In this document: one piece after another, positions 9,701 through 19,448 of the stretch
How the letters are laid out: the number at the start of each line of letters is the position of its first letter
Position numbering within the stretch: position 1 is the stretch's first letter
DNA from: an uncultured Candidatus Saccharibacteria bacterium
Lineage (GTDB): Bacteria > Patescibacteriota > Doudnabacteria > UBA920
Assembly (NCBI GenBank): GCA_964600695.1
Contig: CAZRKK010000003.1
Span: forward strand, 22,914-86,913
Direction of reading: 5' to 3'
Length of the DNA stretch: 64,000 nucleotides
Position numbers and translations under genes: made by a program
The notes under the pieces: model-generated
The model's database searches: none
Told to the model about the DNA's origin: nothing
Seen by the model: the letters and a program-made list of their open reading frames with translations, nothing else

Positions 9701-9808
9701 GGTATCTATATAGTATTCTGCGATAGGAAAGTTGGCTTCGACCGTGCCATCTATTGCACTGATAGAATAACAAAAATTAGTACCATGTGTCAATATTTTT
9801 CAATTAAA

Positions 9809-9838
9809 AAACCGCTAAGTAAATTTACAAAGCGGTTT
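9809..9838 (-). terminator. Rho-independent terminator after the 772-aa surface protein gene
   Basis: aaccgct-aagtaaatttaca-agcggtt, followed by tttttt on the minus strand. Confidence 0.55.
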
Positions 9839-9859
9839 ATATATTGCTAATAAAAGTTT

Positions 9860-12178
9860 TTATTGAGCAGTTTCGTTACGAACTGGCTTACCAGTGTCAG
9901 AGAATAAGTATGGAGGAGTAGTAACTCTTTTTGGTCCTGGTGGAGTCATGATACTATCTTCGTTAGTTTTAATTTCTGCAGTGTTCCAGAATCTATACAA
10001 GAAGCTTGTTGCACCAACAGGTGCTTTGAGCTTAGCAGAAATCTTTAAGGTACAAGGCGCGTTAGGAGCTACGTCACTTACATTGTATGGACCAGATGTT
10101 CCAGCACCTGAAGAGTTACAACCAACTGTGCCGTCTAATTTAACTTGATCTAAATTATGAGCATCAATTTCTGTGACTGTTACCCCTGTGATTGGACCAA
10201 AACCTGTATTACAAATATTAATATTGAAGTAAACTTTACTACCGGTTTTAAATATTCCACTACTAGGAAGCCCAAACGGATCAGATATGCTATTACATCT
10301 TAGAGCAGTCGAACTATTAGTATTATTGTCTACTTTGTATAAGTCCTTATCGGAACTACCAAGGTCGGGAATACACGGTTCAAGGACTCCTAAGACTACA
10401 TTTGAAATCGAAGAAGGAGAACTTCCATTAAATGCTCTTACCATATACCAATAACCGGCTCCAGTTCTTGGGCTAGGGTCTTGAAAACTTGTAACTGAAG
10501 GACCCAACAAAGGAGAGATTGCTGTATACTCTGGCCATGATCCTGATGGATCAGGACCACCACTTGAAGTCCATCGATAGACTTTGAAGTTTGTTGCAGT
10601 AGGTAAACCTCCGCCAGGGCTCCAATTTACGTTAACCTCACCACAAGGATTGGTAATCCAAACTATTGGAGCAGAAGGTCCAACAGGTGCAGAAACCCTT
10701 ACCCAAATTTCATCTGTGCCAGATAAAGTTGTTGGATCTGTATCATCACAAACTGCAGAAAATAAAGTATCAGATGTTAATGGTCCAGACGTGCGACTAG
10801 CAGTTAAGCGATTGTCCCACACCACACCATCTTTAAAAACAGTGCAGACTGTAGAATTTCTAGGATCCCATCTAATTATTGATTCGCCACCATACGGTAT
10901 AGTACAATCTACTGGGCTATTAGTGTTACAATAAATATCAACAGATGGCGATAAACCTGCTCCACCATCAACTCTAAAATTTATAGGCGGGCAAAACTTT
11001 GGTGTTCCAACTGCAGGTGTAGCCTTAATAATAATTTGGTGATTCCCTGCGGTGGTATTAATATCTGTCGAAATATCTACTTTGGCAAACTTATCGTAAG
11101 GACTAAGAAGAGGGTTTGGGTTCATTGCTGTATTAGCAATTGCTACCGAAGGAGGATTACCACCTGGTGGAGTAATTGATTCCAAACTAAAAGTAACAGG
11201 TTGTACAAATCCATTAACAGGATTTATTCGAAAAGTAGAGGAACCTCCAAAACCTCTAGTAACATTATGAGTTCCACCACTCATCAGTTCACAGCTAAAG
11301 GTGGCTCCAGGCGGGACAGCCACATTAATTATTACCGAACGAGTCGGACTATTAGATTGATACCCCTGACAAGTAATTGTATAAGTAAATCTACCAGGGT
11401 TCAAAAATGGACCAACACTTTGATTGCCTCCACCGGGACCGTTTTTAGGACCAACCCAAGTAGAATCAGAATTATTATTCGCAGCAACACAAGAATTACC
11501 AGGATTAACAAACTCTGTGTTCCAGTTAATATTAGCATTATCATTTACCTCAAGATTGATTTCGTTTTGACCATTAATTAGCAATGAGACATCTGGGTTA
11601 CCGTAAATTGCTAAGTTAGTATTAGTTGTTCTGGTGATGTAAGTTGGTCCGCTAGGCTCATCTACAATTAAATTTACATAAATTGCCGCACTTCCTCCAC
11701 CTATAGTATTTGGTCCAGGGGTGCAAGAATTTTGATGTGTAGAAACCATAATGAACCCATCTGCTTGAATAGGTGGGGCTGTAAATATATTAGACATTCC
11801 TGGTGTAGGATTTGGGGCGTATGAATGCTGGTGATGAGAATATCCATCATCTGTTTGATAAGTTCTACCAGATGTAAAAGACGCCACACTAGAATCGTGT
11901 GTATACCTATAAACATGACCAGCAGTCAACTCAAGGTCAAAAAAGTTTTCTCCTGGGAACTGCTCTCCATTGTCTGCGGCATAAGAAGCAACTACGACAT
12001 CAGGTTCAGGGGTTGTATCAACTATATCTAAATAAGTCGATAATGAATGACAGATTTCGTTAGCTTGAGCCTTCTTTGCATCAAAAACAACACTAGGAAT
12101 TATAGTGGCAGCGATTAATGCAAAAAATAATAGTAAATTTACAATCGATTGAATATTTGATTTGAATTTTTGTTTCAT
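9860..12178 (-). CDS. Large secreted cell-surface protein (772 aa), Gly/Pro/Ser/Thr/Asn-rich, with an Fn3-like segment and a C-terminal domain shared with the 1069-aa paralog
   Basis: N-terminal signal/anchor MKQKFKSNIQSIVNLLLFFALIAATIIP. The C-terminal ~170 aa (DKDLYKVDNNTNSSTALRCN...GSKVYFNINICNTG...FLYRFWNTA...TPPYLFS) is paralogous to the C-terminus of the 16223-19432 product. Confidence 0.7.
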   Translation of the reverse strand: MKQKFKSNIQSIVNLLLFFALIAATIIPSVVFDAKKAQANEICHSLSTYLDIVDTTPEPDVVVASYAADNGEQFPGENFFDLELTAGHVYRYTHDSSVASFTSGRTYQTDDGYSHHQHSYAPNPTPGMSNIFTAPPIQADGFIMVSTHQNSCTPGPNTIGGGSAAIYVNLIVDEPSGPTYITRTTNTNLAIYGNPDVSLLINGQNEINLEVNDNANINWNTEFVNPGNSCVAANNNSDSTWVGPKNGPGGGNQSVGPFLNPGRFTYTITCQGYQSNSPTRSVIINVAVPPGATFSCELMSGGTHNVTRGFGGSSTFRINPVNGFVQPVTFSLESITPPGGNPPSVAIANTAMNPNPLLSPYDKFAKVDISTDINTTAGNHQIIIKATPAVGTPKFCPPINFRVDGGAGLSPSVDIYCNTNSPVDCTIPYGGESIIRWDPRNSTVCTVFKDGVVWDNRLTASRTSGPLTSDTLFSAVCDDTDPTTLSGTDEIWVRVSAPVGPSAPIVWITNPCGEVNVNWSPGGGLPTATNFKVYRWTSSGGPDPSGSWPEYTAISPLLGPSVTSFQDPSPRTGAGYWYMVRAFNGSSPSSISNVVLGVLEPCIPDLGSSDKDLYKVDNNTNSSTALRCNSISDPFGLPSSGIFKTGSKVYFNINICNTGFGPITGVTVTEIDAHNLDQVKLDGTVGCNSSGAGTSGPYNVSDVAPNAPCTLKISAKLKAPVGATSFLYRFWNTAEIKTNEDSIMTPPGPKRVTTPPYLFSDTGKPVRNETAQ

Positions 12179-12227
12179 AATATGATTAACTTTTCTTTAG
12201 TATAGCACGAATTGATAAAAAAATCAA

Positions 12228-12261
12228 CTAAAAAAGACAGCGAAAGTTAACTTTGCTGTCT
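12228..12261 (-). terminator. Terminator after the metalloprotease gene
   Basis: agacagc-gaaagttaactt-gctgtct, then ttttttag on the minus strand. Confidence 0.5.
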
Positions 12262-12272
12262 TAAAATACAGA

Positions 12273-13685
12273 TTAGGGTAGAGTTATGACTATCCCGCTT
12301 CCGCCAGTAATATTTGTTATAGAAACATGACTCACCACCACACCAGCAACAGAATAACTTTGCAACACTAATGGTGCATTGTTGGTAGTTGTATCAAATG
12401 GAGTTGTATCTACAATGTATGGAATTGCATCGAAATCAGCCAATTGATCTGTACCAACAATTATCTTTACCCCATCTCGGTATGCTCGAAGTTGTTGATC
12501 ATAAATGTCAAACAATGGGTAATCCCTTCGAACTTCGATATACTCACTACTACCTAGTAGTGAACCACTAAGTGGAATAAAACAAAACTGACAAGACATC
12601 AATCTTTTAGTAGCCGGACTAGAAAATACCGACGGACTATAGACATTGTAACGACCAGAAAATTGCGGTTGTTTAAATGGTTGGTTGTGCCAACCCAACC
12701 TACGTCGCTGGTATACATTAGGAAGCATTTGCCCGGTGCCCATAAAACAAGATTTATCACCATATTCAAAGATGGCGCAACTGCTTGGAATGTTATTTTG
12801 GTCAGTGCATTGGTAAACTTTTGAATGTTGCAATCCGAGTGTATGCCCCAACTCATGAGTTGCCATCTCGTTTGCCCACGTGGCAGTCATGTCATTCTTG
12901 TTAGTAATAACCCACTCACGCGAGTTCATCATGCCGATATTACCAAATGTTGCAATGCTCTGAGTACTACAACCTGCCAGATTATTAAACGTTAGAATCG
13001 TGGCATTGTAGTTGTTAGGTTCTATGCTCTGGGCACGCAAACCATCATCAATCAAAGTTAGCCATTCACTAGTTTGCTGTTGTTGGCAATTAGTAATCTG
13101 CGAGTTAATGGTCACAAATGCAACATCACCTTCAATTCGGTTTGTATAACCAACAATTTTTAGGCGACCTGAAGATGCAACATCCATAAATACTCTTGCA
13201 GATTTAGGGTTATGGAATACTGGGGCAAGGGCTTGCGCCGCGGTAATATAGTTAGAATCTACCGGGGGACTACCAGGTTGTTGAACAGAAACTACCACTG
13301 AAATAACTTTATAATCACCTTGTGAAGTGGGTGGCAACGTCATATCAACATAAAGAGGAGAATCTAAAGTTGCTATACTTTTAGGTTCAACTTTTAAAAC
13401 TCTTAGCCCATCTTTTTGGAGTTTGAATCTTCCATCTAGAGAAACTAAGCGATTAACATATTTTCCCCAATCAACGGAACTATCCAGTTCTAAAAATGAA
13501 CCATTGACCAACAACTTAAAGGAGTAATCAGCACTGACCCCAATATCTTCAGAGACAAATGCCTTAACCACTCCTTGATAGTTTTTGCTCAAATTCTTGG
13601 TGAAATCCTTAGTTTGTCCAAAAACAAACAGAGGAAAACTCCACAAAATCAACATTACCAAAACTACATAACATTTCTTATACAT
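12273..13685 (-). CDS. Secreted zinc metalloprotease, metzincin-type (HEXXHXXGXXH)
   Basis: Signal peptide MYKKCYVVLVMLILWSFPLFVFG. Extended zinc-binding motif HELGHTLGLQH (HExxHxxGxxH), with a downstream SCFMG as a possible Met-turn. Confidence 0.75.
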   Translation of the reverse strand: MYKKCYVVLVMLILWSFPLFVFGQTKDFTKNLSKNYQGVVKAFVSEDIGVSADYSFKLLVNGSFLELDSSVDWGKYVNRLVSLDGRFKLQKDGLRVLKVEPKSIATLDSPLYVDMTLPPTSQGDYKVISVVVSVQQPGSPPVDSNYITAAQALAPVFHNPKSARVFMDVASSGRLKIVGYTNRIEGDVAFVTINSQITNCQQQQTSEWLTLIDDGLRAQSIEPNNYNATILTFNNLAGCSTQSIATFGNIGMMNSREWVITNKNDMTATWANEMATHELGHTLGLQHSKVYQCTDQNNIPSSCAIFEYGDKSCFMGTGQMLPNVYQRRRLGWHNQPFKQPQFSGRYNVYSPSVFSSPATKRLMSCQFCFIPLSGSLLGSSEYIEVRRDYPLFDIYDQQLRAYRDGVKIIVGTDQLADFDAIPYIVDTTPFDTTTNNAPLVLQSYSVAGVVVSHVSITNITGGSGIVITLP

Positions 13686-13785
13686 ATTACTTTCCTCCTA
13701 GGATTTCTTTTACACTCTGATTATATAATAAAAAAGCCAATAATAGAACCTATTATTGGCTTTTTGTCAAGCAGTTATAAAATCT

Positions 13786-14982
13786 CTAATTTACCTGACC
13801 TCTACCTCTGACAACTATACCTTTTAATATAACCCCAGGTGGGCTTGAAGGACCAGAAAGTTCTTGTTCGGTGACAGAACTACTATTGTTCGCGGTTAAA
13901 CTAATTGATGAGCCACAATTCACTGTTGGCCCATTAGGAGGAGAGCCTGGTGGTGAGAAACTCATCGTCACTCCAGTAAATTCACTGACAGCTTCTAATT
14001 GAGTTATTGGACCAGTAAAACCACCAGTACAAACAGCTACAACTGTAAAGGTTTTTGTTTGGCCAAGTAAAATCCTGTTTGGTGTTGTCTGTGAAGGAGG
14101 CACGCCTACCCCTTCTGGCCCTGGAGTAACCTGTAATTCAAAGTTTGGAGTGGAAGGATTTACGATTAATTGTGCTGTCGTACATTGTCTAGTCACGCCA
14201 CCACCTGTTCCTGTGAAAGTTAAAGTATATGTTCCGGGAGTAGTACCACTAGGACCACTCGAGGTAGTTACGTTTGCCTGAGTAATAGCAGGAGGACTTT
14301 GACCGATACTTGGCAAAGATATTACTGGTGGATTGGCTACAGGTGGAGAAATACTAGCTGTGTAGGTTACTGGACTATTAAAACCATTGGTTGGAAAAGA
14401 TTCAATATCATATATAAAACTACTTCCCTGATTTAGGGTGTGAGTTGGTGGTAAAACACTACAAGTAAAACTAGTGCCGGGATTAAAGTAAACCTCCATA
14501 CCAGCACCAGCACTTTCATCCATATTACGACAAGATGAATCTGCCATAATAACTACTTCGGAAGCACCTCTTGTAAAATAAAACGGAGGCGGTCCCATCT
14601 GACCTTGAGGATCGCCAGGATTCCATGAAAGTTGAGTTTGACCAGCGTCATTAATAGTAGCACCGGAAATAGTCATATTTCCTGCTTGCTCATAAGGCCC
14701 TGTATCACCTTGTGCACCTGACATGAAACTAACATCAATAATGTCACCAGGATTAGTTGGTACATCCCCGCCGCCACCCCAATGGTTACCATCTGTATCT
14801 CCATAGGCCCAAAATTCAGTTGTCACATTAGTGGCTCTATTTGTAAACCACCCAGTAATTTCAACCGCACACCACCCAGCTGCCGCAGCTTTGGGTGTAT
14901 AAACTATACTTGTGCCAAAAAACGTTGAAAGTAATAGCAACGTACTAACGCTAAGTCTTAAGATTGAGTTATAAAATTTCAT
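13786..14982 (-). CDS. Secreted surface protein (398 aa), a paralog of the large surface proteins
   Basis: Signal peptide MKFYNSILRLSVSTLLLLSTFFGTS...AAAAGW. Its segment YTLTFTGTGGGVTRQCTTAQLIVNP matches YTLTFTATGGGVTRTCQATLTVSP in the 1069-aa protein. Confidence 0.65.
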   Translation of the reverse strand: MKFYNSILRLSVSTLLLLSTFFGTSIVYTPKAAAAGWCAVEITGWFTNRATNVTTEFWAYGDTDGNHWGGGGDVPTNPGDIIDVSFMSGAQGDTGPYEQAGNMTISGATINDAGQTQLSWNPGDPQGQMGPPPFYFTRGASEVVIMADSSCRNMDESAGAGMEVYFNPGTSFTCSVLPPTHTLNQGSSFIYDIESFPTNGFNSPVTYTASISPPVANPPVISLPSIGQSPPAITQANVTTSSGPSGTTPGTYTLTFTGTGGGVTRQCTTAQLIVNPSTPNFELQVTPGPEGVGVPPSQTTPNRILLGQTKTFTVVAVCTGGFTGPITQLEAVSEFTGVTMSFSPPGSPPNGPTVNCGSSISLTANNSSSVTEQELSGPSSPPGVILKGIVVRGRGQVN

Positions 14983-15002
14983 ACCAATTATAAATTAATA
15001 AG

Positions 15003-15521
15003 CTACAGCTCTATATAGGTAATAGTAACTGTTTTCTTTTTACTGGTTTTATTTTCATCTACAGCAATAATCAATTTTTGATCCTCTTTGCTACCGGTTA
15101 CTTTCATAAATGTTGGATCATTGTTAGAAACAACAGTTTTCCAACCATCTTTTTTTAGAAAGTTAGTGTACAAATCAATATTTTCTACTAAGGATTTTTT
15201 GGTTATAAAACTTCGGGTAGCCTGCAGGCGACCATCAGGAGTAGCAGCATTGTAATTTTCAGTAATTTCCACACCTTCTTCTAACGGAATATTATTAGGA
15301 AATTTTTCTGGGAACTTACTAAAATCAATATTAGTTTTTTTGACCTGACTAGTCCTTTTAATTTGATCCGGTGATAACTGGTTTGATGATTTATTTTTTT
15401 GCCAGGAATATACTTGAGTTGCTCCATAAATAAGCAATAATGATAGTGCTATCACTACAAGAATTTTAACTGGCCGTGAATTGATTAAACCACCCTTTAA
15501 TTGAGGGTCTAGATTTTTCAT
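15003..15521 (-). CDS. Small N-terminally membrane-anchored protein, paralog family member 1 of 4 (unknown function)
   Basis: One TM anchor (ILVVIALSLLLIYGA) plus a ~110-aa domain with the family consensus FPxNIPLEEG...DGRxQATRxF.TKKSL.EN..LYT.FLKK.GW. Confidence 0.65.
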   Translation of the reverse strand: MKNLDPQLKGGLINSRPVKILVVIALSLLLIYGATQVYSWQKNKSSNQLSPDQIKRTSQVKKTNIDFSKFPEKFPNNIPLEEGVEITENYNAATPDGRLQATRSFITKKSLVENIDLYTNFLKKDGWKTVVSNNDPTFMKVTGSKEDQKLIIAVDENKTSKKKTVTITYIEL

Positions 15522-15577
15522 TTTAGTTTCTTAATGTGCTCATTTTTTATACTATACCAGATTTAGCTCAAAGCCCC
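15522..15577 (-). promoter_or_regulatory. Conserved upstream element (probable promoter/leader) shared with 16106-16160
   Basis: About 80% nucleotide identity over ~55 nt immediately 5' of the two paralog start codons. The minus strand contains TATAGTATAAAA, a -10-like sequence. Confidence 0.45.
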
Positions 15578-15607
15578 AAGCTAGAGTCGCGAGTAACCTG
15601 CTTTTAT

Positions 15608-16105
15608 TTACTTATTCTCTGTATAACTAATTGTTACAATCTTAACCTGATTAATTTTATTTTCTTCGATGGTTACTTGGATAGCTTTCTTTAATAAATT
15701 TCCCATTACCATCTTATAAGTAGGATCGTCTGTTGTGGCCTTAATTTCCCAACCGTTTTTTTTCATGAAATCTGTGTACAAAGCATAGTTTTCTGCTAGT
15801 GATTTTTTGGTCTCAAATTGACGTGTTGCCTGAAACTGGCCCTCAGGTGTTTCTGAGTTATAATTTTGAATAACTTCAGCACCTTCTTCTAATGGGATGT
15901 TACTTGGAAATTTTTCTGGTAACTTACTGATCTCTACATCGGTCTTTTCTACATTAACCAACTGAGGGACCTCTGCTACTTTTTTTGTATTCATTAATTT
16001 ATATGCTACAAACAACAAACACAAGATTACAACAACCATCAGTAAGAGTTTAAACAACTGATTAAAATTAACCGATGAGTCAGGTTGGCTATTTTTATTT
16101 TCCAT
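15608..16105 (-). CDS. Small N-terminally membrane-anchored protein, paralog family member 2 of 4
   Basis: LPEKFPSNIPLEEGAEVIQNYNSETPEGQFQATRQFETKKSLAENYALYTDFMKKNGW, closely similar to the 15003-15521 product. Confidence 0.65.
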   Translation of the reverse strand: MENKNSQPDSSVNFNQLFKLLLMVVVILCLLFVAYKLMNTKKVAEVPQLVNVEKTDVEISKLPEKFPSNIPLEEGAEVIQNYNSETPEGQFQATRQFETKKSLAENYALYTDFMKKNGWEIKATTDDPTYKMVMGNLLKKAIQVTIEENKINQVKIVTISYTENK

Positions 16106-16160
16106 TTTAGTTTCTTAATACACTTATTTTCTATACTATAGCAGATTTAAGCCCAAATTG
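16106..16160 (-). promoter_or_regulatory. Second copy of the conserved upstream element
   Basis: tttagtttcttaatacacttattttctatactatagcagatttaagccc here, versus tttagtttcttaatgtgctcattttttatactataccagatttagctc at 15522. Confidence 0.45.
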
Positions 16161-16222
16161 CAAAGTTTAAATAAAATAACTGCACGAAAGTGCAGTTATT
16201 TTGGTCACATCTTGATTAAACC

Positions 16223-19200
16223 CTACGGAGCGCTTTCTCCTCTGGATGGAACACCTGTCGCACTAGTAGAATACAAATAAGGTGGTGTTGCGACTGTCTT
16301 TGGATTCAACTCGTTAGAATAAATTATAGCTTGATTCCAAAATCTATGTAAGTAACCAGTAGATGCAGAAGGGGTAGCTATTGTGGCTTCCAAATTTACA
16401 TAACAAACCGGTATAGGTTCTTTCTGGTTTGTCCAACCTTCTATGTCGCCAACAGTAATAAAGCCTTTACCACTATCTTCAATCTTACATAAGTTTTTTT
16501 CTGGTATCACCGGAGTGATATCAATCAAATTATTACTACCGGACAACTCGACTCTAATACCAGTTAAAACCTTACTACCTGAGTTACAAACATTGATAGA
16601 GAAATAAACTTTACTTCCGGCTCTAAACACTCCCTGGTTAGGAAGTACGAAAACATCTGATTTATCATTACAAGCCGTAGATGAACCGTTGATATTATCA
16701 ACCTTCGTCAAATCTTGATCGGACAAATCTATGTTTGGTGCACAGCTTGTAGGGATGACTGGATTAGCAGCTGCATAATCAGAATATAATCCATCTAAAT
16801 AAGACCTCACAGAATAATAATTTTCGAACTCACTATAGAAAGGTTCTGTATGAATAAATGAGAACTTTCCATCACCAAGACCCGTATCTATTATTGGCCC
16901 ACTAACTAGTTCCTGAGTAGCTGACTTCAATGATCCTCCTGTAGGATATGATAGACTATAAACTTCGTAGTGAGCTGGTGTTGGTCCAGATTTAGGTCTG
17001 TCCCAAGTTACTTCGACAGTTCCACAGGTCTGGCCTGCCTTAGCCTGTACATTTGTTGGATCTTGAGGAGCAACACCACTAATAATTAAAGTAACATAAC
17101 ATGTTAAAGTTTGAGGAGTACCCTGAAAACCACCTGGATCTGAAGCCCAATCGATTGGATACTTAATCTCCGGTACAGCACTCAAGGTTAAGATATGAGT
17201 GCCTGCTGTGGTATTACCTGAAGTTGAGACAATTACACTGGACTGTCCGGGAGTACCCTCTTGAGGATTATTAGAATAACTAAAAGTAGGTGGATTTGCT
17301 GGCTGGCCATTATCAAAGCTTGGAACAATATTAATATTGTAATAGTTTATTAAAGGAAGAGTCATCGAAACATCAACTGTAATCACCCCTGGAGCACCAC
17401 CCTTTGTTAACATCAAAGGCGAAGGAGCACAAGCCATTGTATCTACATTAATAAAAACTGAATCTTTTAATGAGGTTGGTTTACCCATGACATTTGCATC
17501 ACATCTAATGCTAAACTCAGTAGTCTCGGTAACTTCCACATCCATCTCTGGAACTTTAGCATAAGTTACATCACCAATGTTTGGTTGGATACTTATTGCA
17601 TCACATAAATTTGAAGTCCAAGAAATTTTTGTGGTTTCACCACTTAACACCCGGCAAGGACCATCATTAGGGGTATCTTTAGAATTAGAAATACATTTAA
17701 TATCAATACTTGGACTACCAACCACTTCGATATTTACAGTAACAGTGTCTACTATAGTTGGTGCTTCGCCAAAAGCTGGATCACAACTGATTATGAAAGT
17801 TGTATCTCCCGAGATAGTAACATCTAAACCTGGGTTAGTATTATTACTAGCCACTAATCCAATACCATTATCTATGGAAACTGGTCCACAATATTCTGAG
17901 GTCCAAGTTAAGTTTGTTTTTGCTCCGCTTACCACAGTACATGGACCATCACTGGCAATTCCATCTGTACCTGTACATTTAATATCAACGGTACGTGTGC
18001 CGGAAGGAACATTTATAGTCACAGTATCACTTACACTGCCGCCAGGGCCCGTACATAATAATGTATAGATAGTTGTTGTGAATAACGCACCAGTAGAAAC
18101 GCCGACTACTTCACTTGTACCTGGACTATAACCAGAAATTGTTGGAGACAAAGTACAACTTTGAAGGTTAGTGGTAGAGAAATATAACAATGCGTATCCA
18201 CCAAAGGCCACGTCACAAGGTCCATCAACACCAGAGACATCACCATCACCTTGACATTGTAAATCAGCAGTAGGTGTTGCTGGAGCCCCTACATTAACAA
18301 TTACTTCATCATACGCGGTACTGCCATATTGAGCAGTACAGGTGAGTCTAAATTGATAAGTTGTGTTTGTTTGTAGTCCTGTAAGTGCTTGAGTTTCCTG
18401 ACCGGAGTTTGCAGTATTTTTAGCTCCAGACCAAGAACCATACGACCCCTGAGTCATACTCGCCGAACAAGAAGTGGCATCTTGTGTGACCCATTCTAAT
18501 TCCCCAGTTGAACCATTAGAAGGTGTTGGAGTAGTTGGTCCATCTGAGTTATTAAATTTTAAGTTAACTACTGGTATAAGCGGTGAAACCGTTAATGTTG
18601 CTTGGCAAGTTCTAGTTACCCCACCACCGGTTGCTGTAAAAGTTAAGGTATATGGATCAGTAGAATCTAAATTAGCGGTAGGGACTATGACATTGTTCAA
18701 ATAACTATTACCTGAATTCAGTTGAACATCTGCAATATCTGTTAATCCATTGTCTGGCGCGATCGTGGTTCCAACAGTAATGTCGGAACTAAAATTTGTG
18801 AGGTTAGATGCTAGCACAGGGAAATTAGCATTTTGCCCACGAGTAACACTTTGGTTTACACCACAAGAAAAGTCAAAACTTGGTGTACCAGTTCCGCTAT
18901 AAGTTACATAGGCATACCATAAAATTTCTGTGGTATTACCGCAAGCTTGAGCTGTGACTGTTATCCATAATGCGTAGCCTGTAGCAGTAATAGTCGGAAC
19001 ATCATAACTAGAACTATAATCAGCTGGTCCAACCTTATTACCACCTGTAACAGTTTCATCAAAAACAGTTATACCATCTACTTGTATCTGACTATGAACT
19101 GTTCCCTCAGCATCACCAGGTCCAGCATTTCCAGTCATATCAATGTGGAAATTTGAAAGCTCGTTAGCATATTGAGTTGTGGCACCACCGTTATTATTGA

Positions 19201-19432
19201 CTCCATTAACACCATCTGCAGATTGATTTATAGGACCACTCGGAGAATCATAGGAAACACTAATATGAGCACGGGTGTCTGCTAACTCAGGATAAACAGA
19301 ACAAAATTCCGCACCTTGAGCTTTAACCTCAGGAGTTATTAGAGGAGCTGTAGTAAAAAACATCCCCAAAACCATAACCAATCCAAGAGTGGCCGATAAA
19401 TAAATGTTAGTTTTTGCTATTAATCTCTTCAT
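16223..19432 (-). CDS. Very large secreted cell-surface protein (1069 aa) with internal tandem Ig-like repeats, an Fn3-like segment and the shared C-terminal domain
   Basis: Signal/anchor MKRLIAKTNIYLSATLGLVMVLGMFFTTAPL. Two adjacent ~95-aa repeats (DIKCTGTDGIASDGPCTVVSGAKTNLTWTSEYC... and DIKCISNSKDTPNDGPCRVLSGETTKISWTSNLC...). The C-terminus ...GSKVYFSINVCNSG...YLHRFWNQA...TPPYLYS is paralogous to the 772-aa protein. Confidence 0.7.
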   Translation of the reverse strand: MKRLIAKTNIYLSATLGLVMVLGMFFTTAPLITPEVKAQGAEFCSVYPELADTRAHISVSYDSPSGPINQSADGVNGVNNNGGATTQYANELSNFHIDMTGNAGPGDAEGTVHSQIQVDGITVFDETVTGGNKVGPADYSSSYDVPTITATGYALWITVTAQACGNTTEILWYAYVTYSGTGTPSFDFSCGVNQSVTRGQNANFPVLASNLTNFSSDITVGTTIAPDNGLTDIADVQLNSGNSYLNNVIVPTANLDSTDPYTLTFTATGGGVTRTCQATLTVSPLIPVVNLKFNNSDGPTTPTPSNGSTGELEWVTQDATSCSASMTQGSYGSWSGAKNTANSGQETQALTGLQTNTTYQFRLTCTAQYGSTAYDEVIVNVGAPATPTADLQCQGDGDVSGVDGPCDVAFGGYALLYFSTTNLQSCTLSPTISGYSPGTSEVVGVSTGALFTTTIYTLLCTGPGGSVSDTVTINVPSGTRTVDIKCTGTDGIASDGPCTVVSGAKTNLTWTSEYCGPVSIDNGIGLVASNNTNPGLDVTISGDTTFIISCDPAFGEAPTIVDTVTVNIEVVGSPSIDIKCISNSKDTPNDGPCRVLSGETTKISWTSNLCDAISIQPNIGDVTYAKVPEMDVEVTETTEFSIRCDANVMGKPTSLKDSVFINVDTMACAPSPLMLTKGGAPGVITVDVSMTLPLINYYNINIVPSFDNGQPANPPTFSYSNNPQEGTPGQSSVIVSTSGNTTAGTHILTLSAVPEIKYPIDWASDPGGFQGTPQTLTCYVTLIISGVAPQDPTNVQAKAGQTCGTVEVTWDRPKSGPTPAHYEVYSLSYPTGGSLKSATQELVSGPIIDTGLGDGKFSFIHTEPFYSEFENYYSVRSYLDGLYSDYAAANPVIPTSCAPNIDLSDQDLTKVDNINGSSTACNDKSDVFVLPNQGVFRAGSKVYFSINVCNSGSKVLTGIRVELSGSNNLIDITPVIPEKNLCKIEDSGKGFITVGDIEGWTNQKEPIPVCYVNLEATIATPSASTGYLHRFWNQAIIYSNELNPKTVATPPYLYSTSATGVPSRGESAP

Positions 19433-19448
19433 GTAATTCGTTAATGAA

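Noticed and set aside
9542-12031. Plus-strand ORFs (9542-9850, 9894-10148, 10584-10934, 11201-11581, 11825-12031) and the nested minus ORF 11701-11916
   Set aside because: They are antisense or out-of-frame to the 772-aa surface protein gene and khpA. Their composition looks like translated non-coding sequence.
17577-18704. Plus-strand ORFs 17577-18068 and 18474-18704
   Set aside because: They are antisense to the 1069-aa gene. Its Gly/Thr/Pro-rich repeats create long open frames on the opposite strand.
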